A stretch of 64,000 nt of DNA from Patescibacteria group bacterium (GTDB taxonomy: Bacteria; Patescibacteriota; Patescibacteriia; 2-12-FULL-60-25). Position numbers and translations under genes: made by a program. The DNA lies in NCBI GenBank assembly GCA_029210915.1, contig JARGGJ010000004.1, positions 15,327 through 79,326 of the forward strand. Direction: 5' to 3'. The notes below the pieces were generated by a model that saw nothing but the letters and a program-made list of their open reading frames with translations, was not told where the DNA came from and did not search any database. Position 1 is the first letter of the stretch; the number at the start of each line of letters is the position of its first letter. Below, one piece after another: positions 7,613 to 17,532 of the stretch.

Positions 7613-9817
7613 CTTTTTAAGCATGTCTTGCATTTTTACGGACAAGAGCTGGGAAGTGCCGTTATCGCCCATACTGACACCGTAGAGGATGTGGGCTCGT
7701 TCCATGGTGGCTCTGTTGTGGGTTACAACAACAAACTGAGTTTGATCGGCCAGAGAGCTGATGATTTCGGCGAATTTTCGTGAGTTTGACTCATCGAGGG
7801 CGGCATCAACCTCATCGAGTACAACAAATGGAGATGGGTTAGTGGCCATGATTGCGCAAATGAGCGCGATGGAGCAAAGCGCGCGTTCACCGCCCGATAG
7901 GAGCGCGATGGCTTTAAGGCGTTTGCCCGGGGGTGTTGCCTGGATATCGATGCCGATTGGACCGGCAGAGGAATCGACGGGTTTAACAACTATCCCCTCT
8001 TCGTTAACTTCGGGTTCCGGAAAAACCTCGCTTAAGCCGGCCTCGCCTCCGCCAAAAAGCTTTTTAAAGTAAAGACCAAACTCGTGATTCAGTTTGCGAA
8101 AAGCCGTGCGGCTGCGCTCTGATATTGTTTGATCCAGTTCTTTGATAATGGTTTCGAGTGATGCCATGGCACCAACCAAATCCTCGGTTTGGGTGGTTAG
8201 CTCTTCATAGCGCTTTTTGGTTTCTTCGTATTCTTTCATGGTCTCGGGGTCGATTCCGCCGATCCATTCGAGCTGGGCACGAAGCTTGGTTAATTGCGGA
8301 GCAAGTGATTCCGGGTTTCTGATATCCGTAGCTTTGGAGGCCAGCGATGCCAAATCCGCTTCTTGCTCGGGAATGTGCATGCGAACATCTTCCATAAAAG
8401 CATCACGGCGGGTTTCTATGCGCGCCAGCTCTACCGATGCTTGGCTTTTACGACCTTCGGCGCGTGCGGCTTCGGAGCGTTTGGCGGATAATTGGCGTTG
8501 AACATCAAAAATATGCGAGCGATTCTTTTGTTCGTTGGCATTAAAATCTTCGAGTTCTTTTTGAACAGCCTGAATTTGGTGAGTAATATCATCCATGGCT
8601 GTTACCAGCTCTTCCATTTCTTTTTTGAGCTTGGGATCGGCATCCTTTTCTTGCTCGGGCTCGGGAGCCGGGCGCTGGAGTTTGGAGGTAAGATCGGTAA
8701 TTTGCGCGCGGATGCTTGAGGCGAGTTGTTTGATTTTTTCTACGTCCATTTTATCGGATTCGATGGCTTGCAACAAAGTATCCTGGTCTTGACCGAGAGC
8801 TTCGATGGAACTGATGATTTTAGAGAGTGGCAACGGAGCCCAAGGTTTTTCGGAACGGACTTTGGCTATCTCAACCGATGTTTCGAGCTTAAATTGTTTT
8901 TCACGGAGCTTTGTGCGCTCTTCCATCAATCGATTCAAAGAGGCTCGCAGTTTGCCGAATTCTTCGGATGGCGGGTTGGCGCTTTCCATGGTACGCAGTT
9001 CGGCCTCGCTTTTTTCGGCCTCTGCACTCGCATCATCAGCTTCTTTAGCGGCTCTGTCGCGAGAGGCTTTTGCCGTACTTAAAGCGGATTCGAGATCGCG
9101 ATACATGGCGCCATAATATTGTGTTTGCAGTAATGCCAGCTCTTGCTCGAGAGTTTCGCGTTTTTCCAAACGTTTTACCTGGCGTTCGAGCGAGTTTAAG
9201 CGTGGTTGAATTTCGCGGATTAAAAGCTCGGATTGCCGAAGATTATCGCGCGAGGCATCGAGCTTGTTCATGCTGGATTGGCGCTTGAGTTGGAATGGGC
9301 GCAAACCCGCGGCTTCATCAAAAAAAGCTTTGCGCTCTATTGGAGTTGCAGAGAGAACATCGTCTACCATGCCTTGGCCGATAACGCTGTAGGTGCGCTG
9401 GCCTATGCCTGCTTGAGCTAAAAGCATCACTACATCTGTAAGGCGGGCACCTTGTTTGTTTATTTCGTATTCCGATTGACCATCGCGATAAAGCCGGCGT
9501 GTTATGACAATTTCCGAATAATCCAGCTCGGGCTTATCATCGTTTTCCAATGTCATGGAAACCTCAGCGAACCCTGAGCGGGGCTTTTTCTCTGTACCGG
9601 AAAAAATTACATCTTCGGATTTTTTACAACGTAAAAGTTTTAGGCTTTGCTCGCCCATTACCCAACGCGCCGCATCGGCAATGTTTGACTTGCCGGATCC
9701 GTTGGGGCCAACAACACCGGTTACGCCCCTGCGGCCATCTTTATCGAGCTCATATTCCAAAACAGTTTTACTCGCGAAAGTTTTAAAACCCTGCAATTCC
9801 AAGCGTTTGAGATACAT
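7610..9817 (-). CDS. smc: SMC-family chromosome condensation ATPase, unusually short (735 aa), no recognisable hinge
   Basis: SMC head motifs: FKTFA..., Walker A GPNGSGKSN, QGMVDDVL, signature LSGGERALCSIAL, Walker B FVVLDEVDAALD. The roughly 420 aa between the head halves is heptad-like coiled coil only. Confidence 0.85.
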   Translation of the reverse strand: MYLKRLELQGFKTFASKTVLEYELDKDGRRGVTGVVGPNGSGKSNIADAARWVMGEQSLKLLRCKKSEDVIFSGTEKKPRSGFAEVSMTLENDDKPELDYSEIVITRRLYRDGQSEYEINKQGARLTDVVMLLAQAGIGQRTYSVIGQGMVDDVLSATPIERKAFFDEAAGLRPFQLKRQSSMNKLDASRDNLRQSELLIREIQPRLNSLERQVKRLEKRETLEQELALLQTQYYGAMYRDLESALSTAKASRDRAAKEADDASAEAEKSEAELRTMESANPPSEEFGKLRASLNRLMEERTKLREKQFKLETSVEIAKVRSEKPWAPLPLSKIISSIEALGQDQDTLLQAIESDKMDVEKIKQLASSIRAQITDLTSKLQRPAPEPEQEKDADPKLKKEMEELVTAMDDITHQIQAVQKELEDFNANEQKNRSHIFDVQRQLSAKRSEAARAEGRKSQASVELARIETRRDAFMEDVRMHIPEQEADLASLASKATDIRNPESLAPQLTKLRAQLEWIGGIDPETMKEYEETKKRYEELTTQTEDLVGAMASLETIIKELDQTISERSRTAFRKLNHEFGLYFKKLFGGGEAGLSEVFPEPEVNEEGIVVKPVDSSAGPIGIDIQATPPGKRLKAIALLSGGERALCSIALICAIMATNPSPFVVLDEVDAALDESNSRKFAEIISSLADQTQFVVVTHNRATMERAHILYGVSMGDNGTSQLLSVKMQDMLKK

Positions 9818-9830
9818 AATTTCAACACCA

Positions 9831-9916
9831 CAAAGTCATAACGTCTATAACGGGAAACGTCTTAACGGTAATTCCTAAAAACTCCGTTAGGACGTTAAGA
9901 CTTTATGACGTTTACC
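9831..9916. repeat. gtcataacg/cgttatgac-family hairpin upstream of smc
   Basis: caaagtcataacgtctataacgggaaacgtcttaacgg ... ccgttaggacgttaagactttatgacg. Sibling at 54930-54992. Confidence 0.9.
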
Positions 9917-10049
9917 TAATAGTAATACGGATTGTATTTTAGGCTAGATAAAGCGAAACGTCAATTGACTAACCAACCCAATGTCTAATGTCTAAGGTCT
10001 AAGGTCAAGGGTTGATAATATGGTGGATATGTAGTAGTGTGGATTTGTT

Positions 10050-10394
10050 ATGACAGATTATATACAACGCAAAGAACACTTTAAGGATTCAATGGCCGAT
10101 ATCTTGAGGCGCAAAGTGGAGTTTCCACTTGGGTCTTTGGTTACGGTTGTTGATGCTAAGCTTACAAATGATCTTAGATTCGCTAACACGGTTTTGAGTG
10201 TTTTGCCAATTTCGGCCGAGGAAGATGTGCTTAAAGCTTTGGATCAATTTAAACACGATATATTAAAAGAGATGGCCGATACATTGCATATGCGCCGTCT
10301 GCCAAAATTACATTGGAGTTTTGATAACTCGCAGCAGGTAGGCGCGGATATTAATGATTATATCAACGAGCTAAAGGAGCAAGGGAAACTTTAG
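10050..10394 (+). CDS. rbfA: Ribosome-binding factor A
   Basis: 114 aa. RbfA-like length and pattern (ILRRKVEFPLGSLVTVVDAKLTNDLRFANTVLSVL) and the classic rbfA-nrnA neighbourhood. Confidence 0.7.
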   Translation: MTDYIQRKEHFKDSMADILRRKVEFPLGSLVTVVDAKLTNDLRFANTVLSVLPISAEEDVLKALDQFKHDILKEMADTLHMRRLPKLHWSFDNSQQVGADINDYINELKEQGKL

Positions 10395-10399
10395 CTCAC

Positions 10400-10558
10400 A
10401 ATTACCAATCACCAACAAAACAATAACCAATTAATAACCAAAATCCAATAACTCAATAACCAATAGTTCGAGGGTTGACTTTTGTTGCATTTGGGTTTAG
10501 TGTTGGTTATTGGTTTATTGGATATTTATTGATGATTGGAACTTGGTTATTGGTTATT
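10400..10558. repeat. ccaataacc/ggttattgg-family hairpin between rbfA and nrnA
   Basis: Arm 10400-10465 (attaccaatcaccaac...aataaccaat) against arm 10501-10558 (tgttggttattggtttattgg...ggttattggttatt). Confidence 0.9.
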
Positions 10559-10567
10559 TCAAGTGAT

Positions 10568-11530
10568 ATGAATTTCGAGAATCGCTTAAAGCAATTACAC
10601 GACGCGCTCAAAAGTTCGGAGCGCGTGCTTTTGATTGGGCATCAAAAGCCGGATGGCGATGCTTTGGGATCTACGAGTGGATTTTATAGTTGGTTAAAAC
10701 GTGAAGGAAAAAAGCCGACTTTGTATTGCAAGGATTTGCCGGCACAGCAGTATAAGTACTTAGATGCTTTTTTTGATTATAAAGATGATATCAAAGTCTT
10801 TGATATGAAGTATGACATGGTAATCATGTTTGATTCGGGAGATATGGTTTATGCTGGGGTTGATGCACTTATCCCAAAGCTCCCCAACTCCCCTACTTTG
10901 GTAAATATCGACCATCATAAAACAAATCAGTTTTATGGAGATGTAAATATTGTTAACGTGGAAGCGACCTCTACCTGCGAAGTTGTGGCGAGATTTTTTG
11001 AGGCGAATAATGTGCTGATAGATTCTACAATGGCGACTTCGCTGATGACCGGGATTCTAACAGACACATCGCACTTTAGTAATGCGGCAACTACAAGCCA
11101 AGGAATGGATGTGGCGGGGAGGTTGATTGCAAGCGGCGCGCGCATGAACGAGATTACAAAATATTTACTTAAGAATAAAGAGTTGCCAATTTTAAAAATT
11201 TGGGGCTTGGCACTATCGCGATTACACAAAAATGAAACTCAAGATATTGCGGTAACATTTGTAACCAATGAAGACTTTTTAAAATACGGAGTCTCGCCAA
11301 ATGCCGTAGAGGGTATCTCTAATTTTTTACAAGGTGTAACCGGAAACGCGGAATCAATTTTGGTTTTGCATGACCGCGGTGATGGAACAATAAAGGGTTC
11401 AATGAGATCCGTAACCCGCGATGTCTCAGCAATAGCCAAACTTTTTGGTGGAGGTGGGCATAAGCTTGCGGCAGGGTTTGCCATCAAAGGTACCATCAAA
11501 GAGACGAAGGAGGGGTTTGAGATCAACTAA
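10568..11530 (+). CDS. nrnA: DHH/DHHA1 phosphoesterase (NrnA-like oligoribonuclease/pAp phosphatase)
   Basis: Motifs HQKPDGDALGS, NIDHHKTN and GGGHKLAAG. The track ORF starts at a TTG at 10475 inside the ggttattgg repeat hairpin. I trimmed it to the ATG at 10568 (MNFENRLKQLHDAL). Confidence 0.85.
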   Translation: MNFENRLKQLHDALKSSERVLLIGHQKPDGDALGSTSGFYSWLKREGKKPTLYCKDLPAQQYKYLDAFFDYKDDIKVFDMKYDMVIMFDSGDMVYAGVDALIPKLPNSPTLVNIDHHKTNQFYGDVNIVNVEATSTCEVVARFFEANNVLIDSTMATSLMTGILTDTSHFSNAATTSQGMDVAGRLIASGARMNEITKYLLKNKELPILKIWGLALSRLHKNETQDIAVTFVTNEDFLKYGVSPNAVEGISNFLQGVTGNAESILVLHDRGDGTIKGSMRSVTRDVSAIAKLFGGGGHKLAAGFAIKGTIKETKEGFEIN

Positions 11531-11611
11531 TTAATGCATAATGTATAATGCATGATGCATAATGGATGAAAATATTTTATTATTCATTATGCATTATTAA
11601 TTATGCATTGT
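11531..11611. repeat. gcataatg/cattatgc hairpin between nrnA and clpP
   Basis: ttaatgcataatgtataatgcatgatgcataatgg ... ttcattatgcattattaattatgcattg. Confidence 0.9.
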
Positions 11612-11784
11612 GTTTTAGCACTCTTGGTATTTGACTGCTAAATCATTATCCCTTATACTGGATTTACGTTAAAAGATGAAAGTAACAAGTTCATCAAGAT
11701 AAATGATTAATACAATTAATGAAATATTCGAAGTTCGTCGAGCTGAGCTCGATTCGTCGTTCGAAATTCGATGTTCGAAAGTAT

Positions 11785-12396
11785 ATGAATCCCTATCAAA
11801 TTACATCACAAGCTCCAGCTAGCTATCTGATACCAACTGTTATTGAAAAAACTCATAATGGTGAGCGTGCATACGACATTTACTCGCGTTTGCTTAAAGA
11901 TAGAATCATAATGCTGGGAACAGCCATTAATGATGATATTGCAAACATTGTAATTGCACAGTTATTGTTTTTGGAAAGCCAAGATAAAAGTAAAGATATT
12001 AAGTTATACGTTAACTCACCGGGCGGATCTGTGACTGCGGGGCTCGCGATTTATGACACGATGCAACATATTAGTTGTGACGTTTCAACGATTTGTACCG
12101 GCCTTGCGGCATCGATGGGAGCCGTATTACTTGCCGGCGGAGCTACGGGAAAACGTTTCGCGCTCCCCAACTCCGAGATTATGATTCACCAAGTTTTGGG
12201 TGGATTTGAGGGGCAAGCAACGGATATTAAGATTCACGCAGAAAGAATCTTGAAGACTAAGGAACAACTGAATAAAATTTTATCCAAGCACACCGGTAAA
12301 CCGCTTAAACAATTAGAAAAGGATACGGATCGTGATTATTTTATGGATCCCAAGGAAGCTAAAGCTTATGGGTTGATTGATAAGGTGCTTGAGTAA
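11785..12396 (+). CDS. clpP: ATP-dependent Clp protease proteolytic subunit
   Basis: [28 protein letters not shown], catalytic Ser in [17 protein letters not shown], His in IMIHQ. The track start at 11719 adds 22 repeat-derived residues, so I trimmed to the ATG at 11785. Confidence 0.9.
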   Translation: MNPYQITSQAPASYLIPTVIEKTHNGERAYDIYSRLLKDRIIMLGTAINDDIANIVIAQLLFLESQDKSKDIKLYVNSPGGSVTAGLAIYDTMQHISCDVSTICTGLAASMGAVLLAGGATGKRFALPNSEIMIHQVLGGFEGQATDIKIHAERILKTKEQLNKILSKHTGKPLKQLEKDTDRDYFMDPKEAKAYGLIDKVLE

Positions 12397-12519
12397 TTGT
12401 CTGAACCACGATTCGTAGGATTAATGGATTAACGTGATTATTCTTCTTATACTTCCAGAATATAAATGAGAGAATAATCTAGTTAATCCGTTAATCGAGT
12501 AAATCAAGGTTCAAGACAA
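12397..12519. mobile_element. MITE-like hairpin element, copy A (about 120 bp)
   Basis: Terminal inverted repeats TTGTCTGAACC / GGTTCAAGACAA. Internal complementary blocks acgattc, gattaacg/ccgttaatc, gattattct/agaataatc. No ORF. Confidence 0.7.
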
Positions 12520-12552
12520 AAAAATCCCTCGAGTTAATCGAGGGATTTTTTA
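12517..12552. terminator. Bidirectional terminator between clpP and gyrA
   Basis: aaaaaaa-ATCCCTCGA-gttaa-TCGAGGGAT-tttttt. Confidence 0.85.
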
Positions 12553-12634
12553 TTTCTATATAAATTGAATTACATCCTATAGAGATTTTGGTTAATTTGT
12601 TTTGATAATTAAGGTTAATCCGGGTCCTGGTAGT

Positions 12635-15136
12635 TTATCCGTTCAGCTTGTTTTCTTCATCTTTGCCTACGAATGTGACGGAGGAGACGCTGTCGCCGGC
12701 ATCTTTGAAGCGCATTAGGCGGACTCCTTGAGTGTCGCGGCCGAGGAGCGGTACGTTGGAGTAGGCTTGGCGGATAACTATGCCGTGTTTGCTTATCATC
12801 ATTAAATCGCGCTCTTCCTCGGATAGGGCGATGAAGGCGGCAACCACTTTGCCGGTTTTGGCAGTTACCTTCATGGCGCGGACTCCGGAGCCTCCGCGAT
12901 TTTGGACTTTGAATTCCTTAATGTTTGTTTGTTTGCCAAGGCCAAGCGAGGATAAAGTAAAGAGGGTGAATTTACCTTTTTTGGCCAGTTCGGAATTGAT
13001 TATATCCATACCCACAACCGAATCATCCTTTTTGAGTTTAATACCGCGAACCCCGGAAGCGGCACGGCCCATTGGGCGCACATCTTCCTCGTTGAAGCGG
13101 ATTGATTGGCCGTTCTCCGTGACAATGGAAACCTCGTCTTTGCCTGTTGTTGGCTTGACCCATTCCAAATCATCACCTTCGTGCAAGTTTATGGCGATTA
13201 AACCGCTTCGGCGTACGTTTTTAAAATCTTCGAGAGCAACTTTTTTGATTGTGCCTTGGGAAGTTACCATCATCATATACTTCATGCCGTTCATATCGGC
13301 CAGAGGCAAGGCTTGAGCGGCGCGTTCACCCGGAGAAAGTTGAAGGAAATTAACTATGGCTTGGCCTTTGGATGTGCGTGAACCTTGTGGGATTTCGTAG
13401 GCTTTAAGTTGGAATACGCGACCGCGAGAGGTGAAGAAGAGGATGTCCGTATGAGTTCGTGTGGAGAACATTTGGAAGACTTCATCTTGCTCTTTGGTGC
13501 TTAAACCGGTTATACCTTTGCCCCCGCGCCCTTGGGTGCGGAATGTGTCGGGAGGCAGGCGCTTAATGTAGCCATCGCTTGTGAGCATTACGATTGCGGT
13601 TTCATCGGGAACCAAATCAACCATGGAGAATTCACCAACCGGATGCGGGATAACTTTTGTACGGCGGGCATCGCCAAAGCGTTCTTTTAGATCTAAAACT
13701 TCGCCTTTAATAATCTCTAACATCTTTTTAACTGATTTCAAAATTGCTTCGAGCTCTTTAATGAGTGCTAATTTTTCTTGATATTCCTGTTCAACCTTTA
13801 AACGCTCGAGGTTTGCTAATTGTTGCAAGCGCATCTCGAGAATTGCCGTCGATTGGATCTCGGAGAGCTTAAAGTTTTTCATGAGGTTTGCGCGTGCCTC
13901 ATCTTTATCTTTGGATTTTTTGATTGTTTCGATGACTTTGTCGATCTTGAGCAGAGCGATACGTAAACCCTCCAAGATATGCGCGCGGTCTTTGGCTTTG
14001 TTTAAATCGAACTCGGTGCGACGCCTTACAACCTCTTTGCGGTGGTTGATGTACTCTGTGAGAATGTCTTTTAGGGTTAAAACACGGGGCTGCATTCCGC
14101 CTTCCGTGAGAGCTAGCATGTTTACATGAAAAGTCTCTTGCAAAGGAGTCATCTTAAAAAGCTGGTTCAAAACTTTTTTGGGATAAGAATCTTTTTTAAG
14201 ATCGATAACTATACGGATTCCATCTTTATTTGATTCATCGCTTAAACCGCGGATACCCTCTATCTTTTTTTCTTGTACAAGGGTTGCAATCTTTTCGAGA
14301 AGTGTTGATTTATTAACCGCGTAGGGAATCTCGCTGACGAGAATGCGGAACTGGCCGGCTTTTTCCTCGATAATCTCGGTGGCCGCTCGCATAACTATTC
14401 CGCCTTTGCCGGTTGCGTAGGCTTGTTTGATCTCGTTTTTATCGTAGATGATACCGCCGGTTGGAAAGTCGGGACCGGGAATAAGTTTGATTAAATCATC
14501 AACTTCGATTTCGGGATCATCAATTATGGCCGTGATGCCATTGCAAAGCTCGGTAAGATTGTGCGGTGGGATGTTGGTGGCCATACCAACGGCTATACCA
14601 AGAGTTCCGTTTAAGAGAAGGTTGGGAAGTTTTGCCGGCAAAACGGTTGGTTCTTTTTTGGAGCCGTCGAAGTTTGGTGCAAAATCCACCGTTTGCTTTT
14701 CGATGTCGAATAAAAGCTCTTCGGCAATAGCAGAGAGTTTGGCCTCGGTATATCTGTATGCGGCAGCGCCATCGCCATCAACGGAGCCAAAGTTTCCTTG
14801 GCCTTTAACCAACATGTAGCGCAAGCTAAAATCTTGAGCCATGCGGACCATTGCATCATAAACCGCGGTATCGCCGTGAGGGTGAAAATCACCAAGCACA
14901 CGACCAACAACAGTAGCCGATTTGCGAAATTTAGCCGTAGAACGCAAGCCCTCTTGCCACATGGCGTAGAGAATACGGCGATGCACCGGTTTCATGCCGT
15001 CGCGGACATCGGGAAGGGCGCGGGTTATAATGACAGACATCGCATAATCCAAATAGCATGTCCGCATTTCTTCGGAGAGAGATTGTGGAATCACGTGGCC
15101 GATTCCTTTGTGCTCTTTTGATTCTTGTTCGTCCAT
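12635..15136 (-). CDS. gyrA: DNA gyrase subunit A
   Basis: 833 aa. [23 protein letters not shown], active-site Tyr context [11 protein letters not shown], and a C-terminal beta-pinwheel repeat region. Confidence 0.95.
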   Translation of the reverse strand: MDEQESKEHKGIGHVIPQSLSEEMRTCYLDYAMSVIITRALPDVRDGMKPVHRRILYAMWQEGLRSTAKFRKSATVVGRVLGDFHPHGDTAVYDAMVRMAQDFSLRYMLVKGQGNFGSVDGDGAAAYRYTEAKLSAIAEELLFDIEKQTVDFAPNFDGSKKEPTVLPAKLPNLLLNGTLGIAVGMATNIPPHNLTELCNGITAIIDDPEIEVDDLIKLIPGPDFPTGGIIYDKNEIKQAYATGKGGIVMRAATEIIEEKAGQFRILVSEIPYAVNKSTLLEKIATLVQEKKIEGIRGLSDESNKDGIRIVIDLKKDSYPKKVLNQLFKMTPLQETFHVNMLALTEGGMQPRVLTLKDILTEYINHRKEVVRRRTEFDLNKAKDRAHILEGLRIALLKIDKVIETIKKSKDKDEARANLMKNFKLSEIQSTAILEMRLQQLANLERLKVEQEYQEKLALIKELEAILKSVKKMLEIIKGEVLDLKERFGDARRTKVIPHPVGEFSMVDLVPDETAIVMLTSDGYIKRLPPDTFRTQGRGGKGITGLSTKEQDEVFQMFSTRTHTDILFFTSRGRVFQLKAYEIPQGSRTSKGQAIVNFLQLSPGERAAQALPLADMNGMKYMMMVTSQGTIKKVALEDFKNVRRSGLIAINLHEGDDLEWVKPTTGKDEVSIVTENGQSIRFNEEDVRPMGRAASGVRGIKLKKDDSVVGMDIINSELAKKGKFTLFTLSSLGLGKQTNIKEFKVQNRGGSGVRAMKVTAKTGKVVAAFIALSEEERDLMMISKHGIVIRQAYSNVPLLGRDTQGVRLMRFKDAGDSVSSVTFVGKDEENKLNG

Positions 15137-15148
15137 AACTTACTTTCA

Positions 15149-15232
15149 ATAATTAATAATTTTACATTTAATGAATAATAAAGCTTTTCATGATGAATAT
15201 CTTTATTATTTGTTATTTATTATTTGTTAATT
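15149..15232. repeat. aataataaag/ctttattatt-family hairpin upstream of gyrA
   Basis: aataattaataattttacatttaatgaataataaag ... ctttattatttgttatttattatttgtt. Half-sites also at 28205-28230, 35284-35313, 38634-38665 and 40271-40300. Confidence 0.9.
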
Positions 15233-15844
15233 GGCGTTTTGTGCATCGATTGTTACACCCGGTGGAATTTGGAAATCGTTTGATGAAGGAGTTTCGGAGG
15301 ATTCATTTGAGGGTTGAAACAAATCACTGTGACCGGAAGACTCCATTTGTGCCGAAGTTGTTGCATTGTCTGCCGAAGTTGATGCGTTTATTTGATCTAT
15401 TGTTTGCAATATGGCGGCCTGTTCTCTTAAATCCATTAAATGATCTTCTTGCAGTGAATCTATTTCTTCGACCATTACGTTGATGTTATCGTGAATAGTA
15501 CTTTTTAGCTCCCCGTAATTTACCTCGCCCGTAGTACCGGTTTCGTTGGTTCCGATTGCTCCGGCAATGGTTTGGCGCATGGTATAAACCCAGCCAATAG
15601 CAATTGCCAAAACACAAACGATGACTCCGGTCCATAAAGAAAACCGTTGCACTGTGTCTACAGGTTGGCGCATTGCGGCATGAGCCAAAATCAGCTGGCG
15701 CTTTTCTTCGGAAGACATGATGCGCGGGCGCTCGGGAGCCGGAGTGCTTGCAGCTGAAGCAACACGCTTTGATGCGGTTCGGCGGGTACGCTTTGGCGCT
15801 GCGGTTATTACCTCATCTTCATTTGTAGCTTTTTTACGGGGCAT
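15227..15844 (-). CDS. Hypothetical single-pass membrane protein
   Basis: 205 aa with a basic N-terminus, one TM helix (LWTGVIVCVLAIAIGWVY) and a Ser/Thr-rich tail. No family recognised. Confidence 0.55.
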   Translation of the reverse strand: MPRKKATNEDEVITAAPKRTRRTASKRVASAASTPAPERPRIMSSEEKRQLILAHAAMRQPVDTVQRFSLWTGVIVCVLAIAIGWVYTMRQTIAGAIGTNETGTTGEVNYGELKSTIHDNINVMVEEIDSLQEDHLMDLREQAAILQTIDQINASTSADNATTSAQMESSGHSDLFQPSNESSETPSSNDFQIPPGVTIDAQNAN

Positions 15845-15855
15845 ATCCTCCTTTT

Positions 15856-15937
15856 AAGTAACAAGTATCAAGTAGCAAGTTCATCAAGAGATACCTAAGC
15901 AACTCTTGATGAACTTGTTACTTTTATCTTGATGAAC
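15856..15937. repeat. catcaagag/ctcttgatg-family hairpin
   Basis: aagtaacaagtatcaagtagcaagttcatcaagag ... ctcttgatgaacttgttacttttatcttgatgaac. Sibling at 40316-40393. Confidence 0.9.
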
Positions 15938-15941
15938 AGTA

Positions 15942-16586
15942 TTAAGTACGTTCCACTACCATAACAATAACATCTTCGACGGGTAGATCTTTTTTGGTTA
16001 TTTTTAGTTTGTTTACGTTTTCGCGTTTACAGACACCGAGCGCGTTACAGAACTGATCAACCGTACCAAGATCTGTTTTAATGCCCGGTATTTGATAATT
16101 AATGGGCACTACAACGCGGGGTTCGATTTGTGACATGGCTTTTGATGCCGCTTTTGCATCCAGCGCATCGCCTCCGCCAACCGGTATAATTAAAATATCT
16201 ATATTTCCCAAATGTTCGATTTCATCATTGGTGAGGGCGCGGTTTAGACCTCCTAAAAAAGCAATCGACATATCCTCGGCTTCGATGCGATAAATGATTG
16301 GGCGTTTTTTACCTTCATCGGCGGCAGGGTCTTGGATGCCGTAAACAAAAACACCGTGAACTTCGTATTCACCGGGATCGGAAACTATAAACGGAGAACC
16401 GGCCACTCCATCTATATTGAATAGTTTTGTATCTTGGTTGGAAAGCAGGAGAAGCTCCGGCTCCAGGGCGCGCGGTAGGCGCATGGCGGCCTCATTTTGA
16501 AATGGGTCGGTCATGAGCATGCAAGGCTCTTCCCCTTGCTTGGTTTCGATGCGTATTGATGAGTATCCTTGCCAATATATTTGCAT
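15942..16586 (-). CDS. MBL-fold (UPF0173-like) protein with a degenerate metal-binding motif
   Basis: MQIYWQGYSSIRIETK...LMTDPF...IIPVGGGDALDAKAASKAMSQIEPRVVVPINY matches the UPF0173/Lactamase_B_3 layout. The expected HxHxDH position reads LLLLSNQD. The track start at 16679 was trimmed to the ATG at 16586. Confidence 0.75.
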   Translation of the reverse strand: MQIYWQGYSSIRIETKQGEEPCMLMTDPFQNEAAMRLPRALEPELLLLSNQDTKLFNIDGVAGSPFIVSDPGEYEVHGVFVYGIQDPAADEGKKRPIIYRIEAEDMSIAFLGGLNRALTNDEIEHLGNIDILIIPVGGGDALDAKAASKAMSQIEPRVVVPINYQIPGIKTDLGTVDQFCNALGVCKRENVNKLKITKKDLPVEDVIVMVVERT

Positions 16587-16704
16587 AGTTTTTACCTGTT
16601 TTAACCCAGAAATTTTAACACAGCAGACCCAATTCGGCAAGGGTATTTTGAACCAGGATTGTCGATAAAATATGACCAAAAAATTAACAAATATTTACCA
16701 AAAA

Positions 16705-16813
16705 TCAGTTCATAAAGTTTGTAAAGTTCATAAAGTTCATAAAGTTTGTAAAGTGGTTATGATGGGTTGATTGGCTTTATGAACTTTATGAACTTTTAAC
16801 TTTACAAACTGAT
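16705..16813. repeat. ataaagtt-family hairpin between ruvC and the MBL-fold gene
   Basis: atcagttcataaagtttgtaaagttcataaagttcataaag ... ctttatgaactttatgaacttttaactttacaaactgat. Confidence 0.9.
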
Positions 16814-16895
16814 CTGGAAAGTTTGGAGGTACTTGTTTCTTGGTAAAGATTTGGTCAATATTTTAATTTGGATCCTTTTTATTGGTTATAATTGG

Positions 16896-17405
16896 TTATT
16901 TGATTGATTTGTGTCTTTTTTGGTTGGTTTGATAAGTGAGGCCTCCGGCGATAGCGATGGCCAGTGCGTCGGCGGCGTCGTCCGGTTTGGGCGTTTCTGT
17001 GAGACACAGCAGGCGCGTGACCATGTACTCGATTTGCTTTTTATCGGCAGCGCCATGGCCGGCAACCGTTTGTTTGATTTCGTTTGGGGTGAGCTCAACC
17101 GTTGGAAGATTGGCATCAGCCAAAGCAAGGAGAATGACACCGCGTGCCATGCCAACGTTTATTGCAGTTTTGACGTTGCTTTGAAAAAAGAGATGCTCTA
17201 CGGACGCTACATCCGGATTAAACCTGCGGATAGCTTCCGTTAAATCATTGCGGACGGTTTGCAGACGCTCTGTAAATGGAGCGTCGGATGGTGTATCGAT
17301 GCAAGAATGCCAAACGTGAGTTAATTTGGAATTTTTTATATCGATGATTCCAAGGCCGGTACGGCCAAAACCCGGGTCGATGCCGAGGATTCGGAAATCC
17401 CCCAA
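16896..17405 (-). CDS. ruvC: Holliday junction resolvase RuvC
   Basis: FRILGIDPGFGRTGLGII... is the typical RuvC core. The track ORF (ATG 17543) adds about 46 residues encoded by three palindromic elements and overlaps the yebC stop. Alternative starts are the in-frame TTG at 17405 (MGDFRILGIDPG) or the ATG at 17453. The C-terminal residues run into a ggttat repeat. Confidence 0.85.
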   Translation of the reverse strand: MGDFRILGIDPGFGRTGLGIIDIKNSKLTHVWHSCIDTPSDAPFTERLQTVRNDLTEAIRRFNPDVASVEHLFFQSNVKTAINVGMARGVILLALADANLPTVELTPNEIKQTVAGHGAADKKQIEYMVTRLLCLTETPKPDDAADALAIAIAGGLTYQTNQKRHKSIK

Positions 17406-17408
17406 TCC

Positions 17409-17495
17409 GACGCTTTGCGTCGAATGTCCCCCTTTGACGAGGGGGCTATTCATGCAATTGCACTTTGCGTGATTATCCCTCTTTGCTAAAGAGGG
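17409..17495. repeat. Three palindromic elements between yebC and the ruvC core
   Basis: GACGCtttGCGTC, CCCCCTTTGACGAGGGGG, CCCTCTTTGCTAAAGAGGG. Confidence 0.9.
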
Positions 17496-17532
17496 TAGCT
17501 TGTAGACTTGGTCTGTCGCGTGTGACTGAGCG

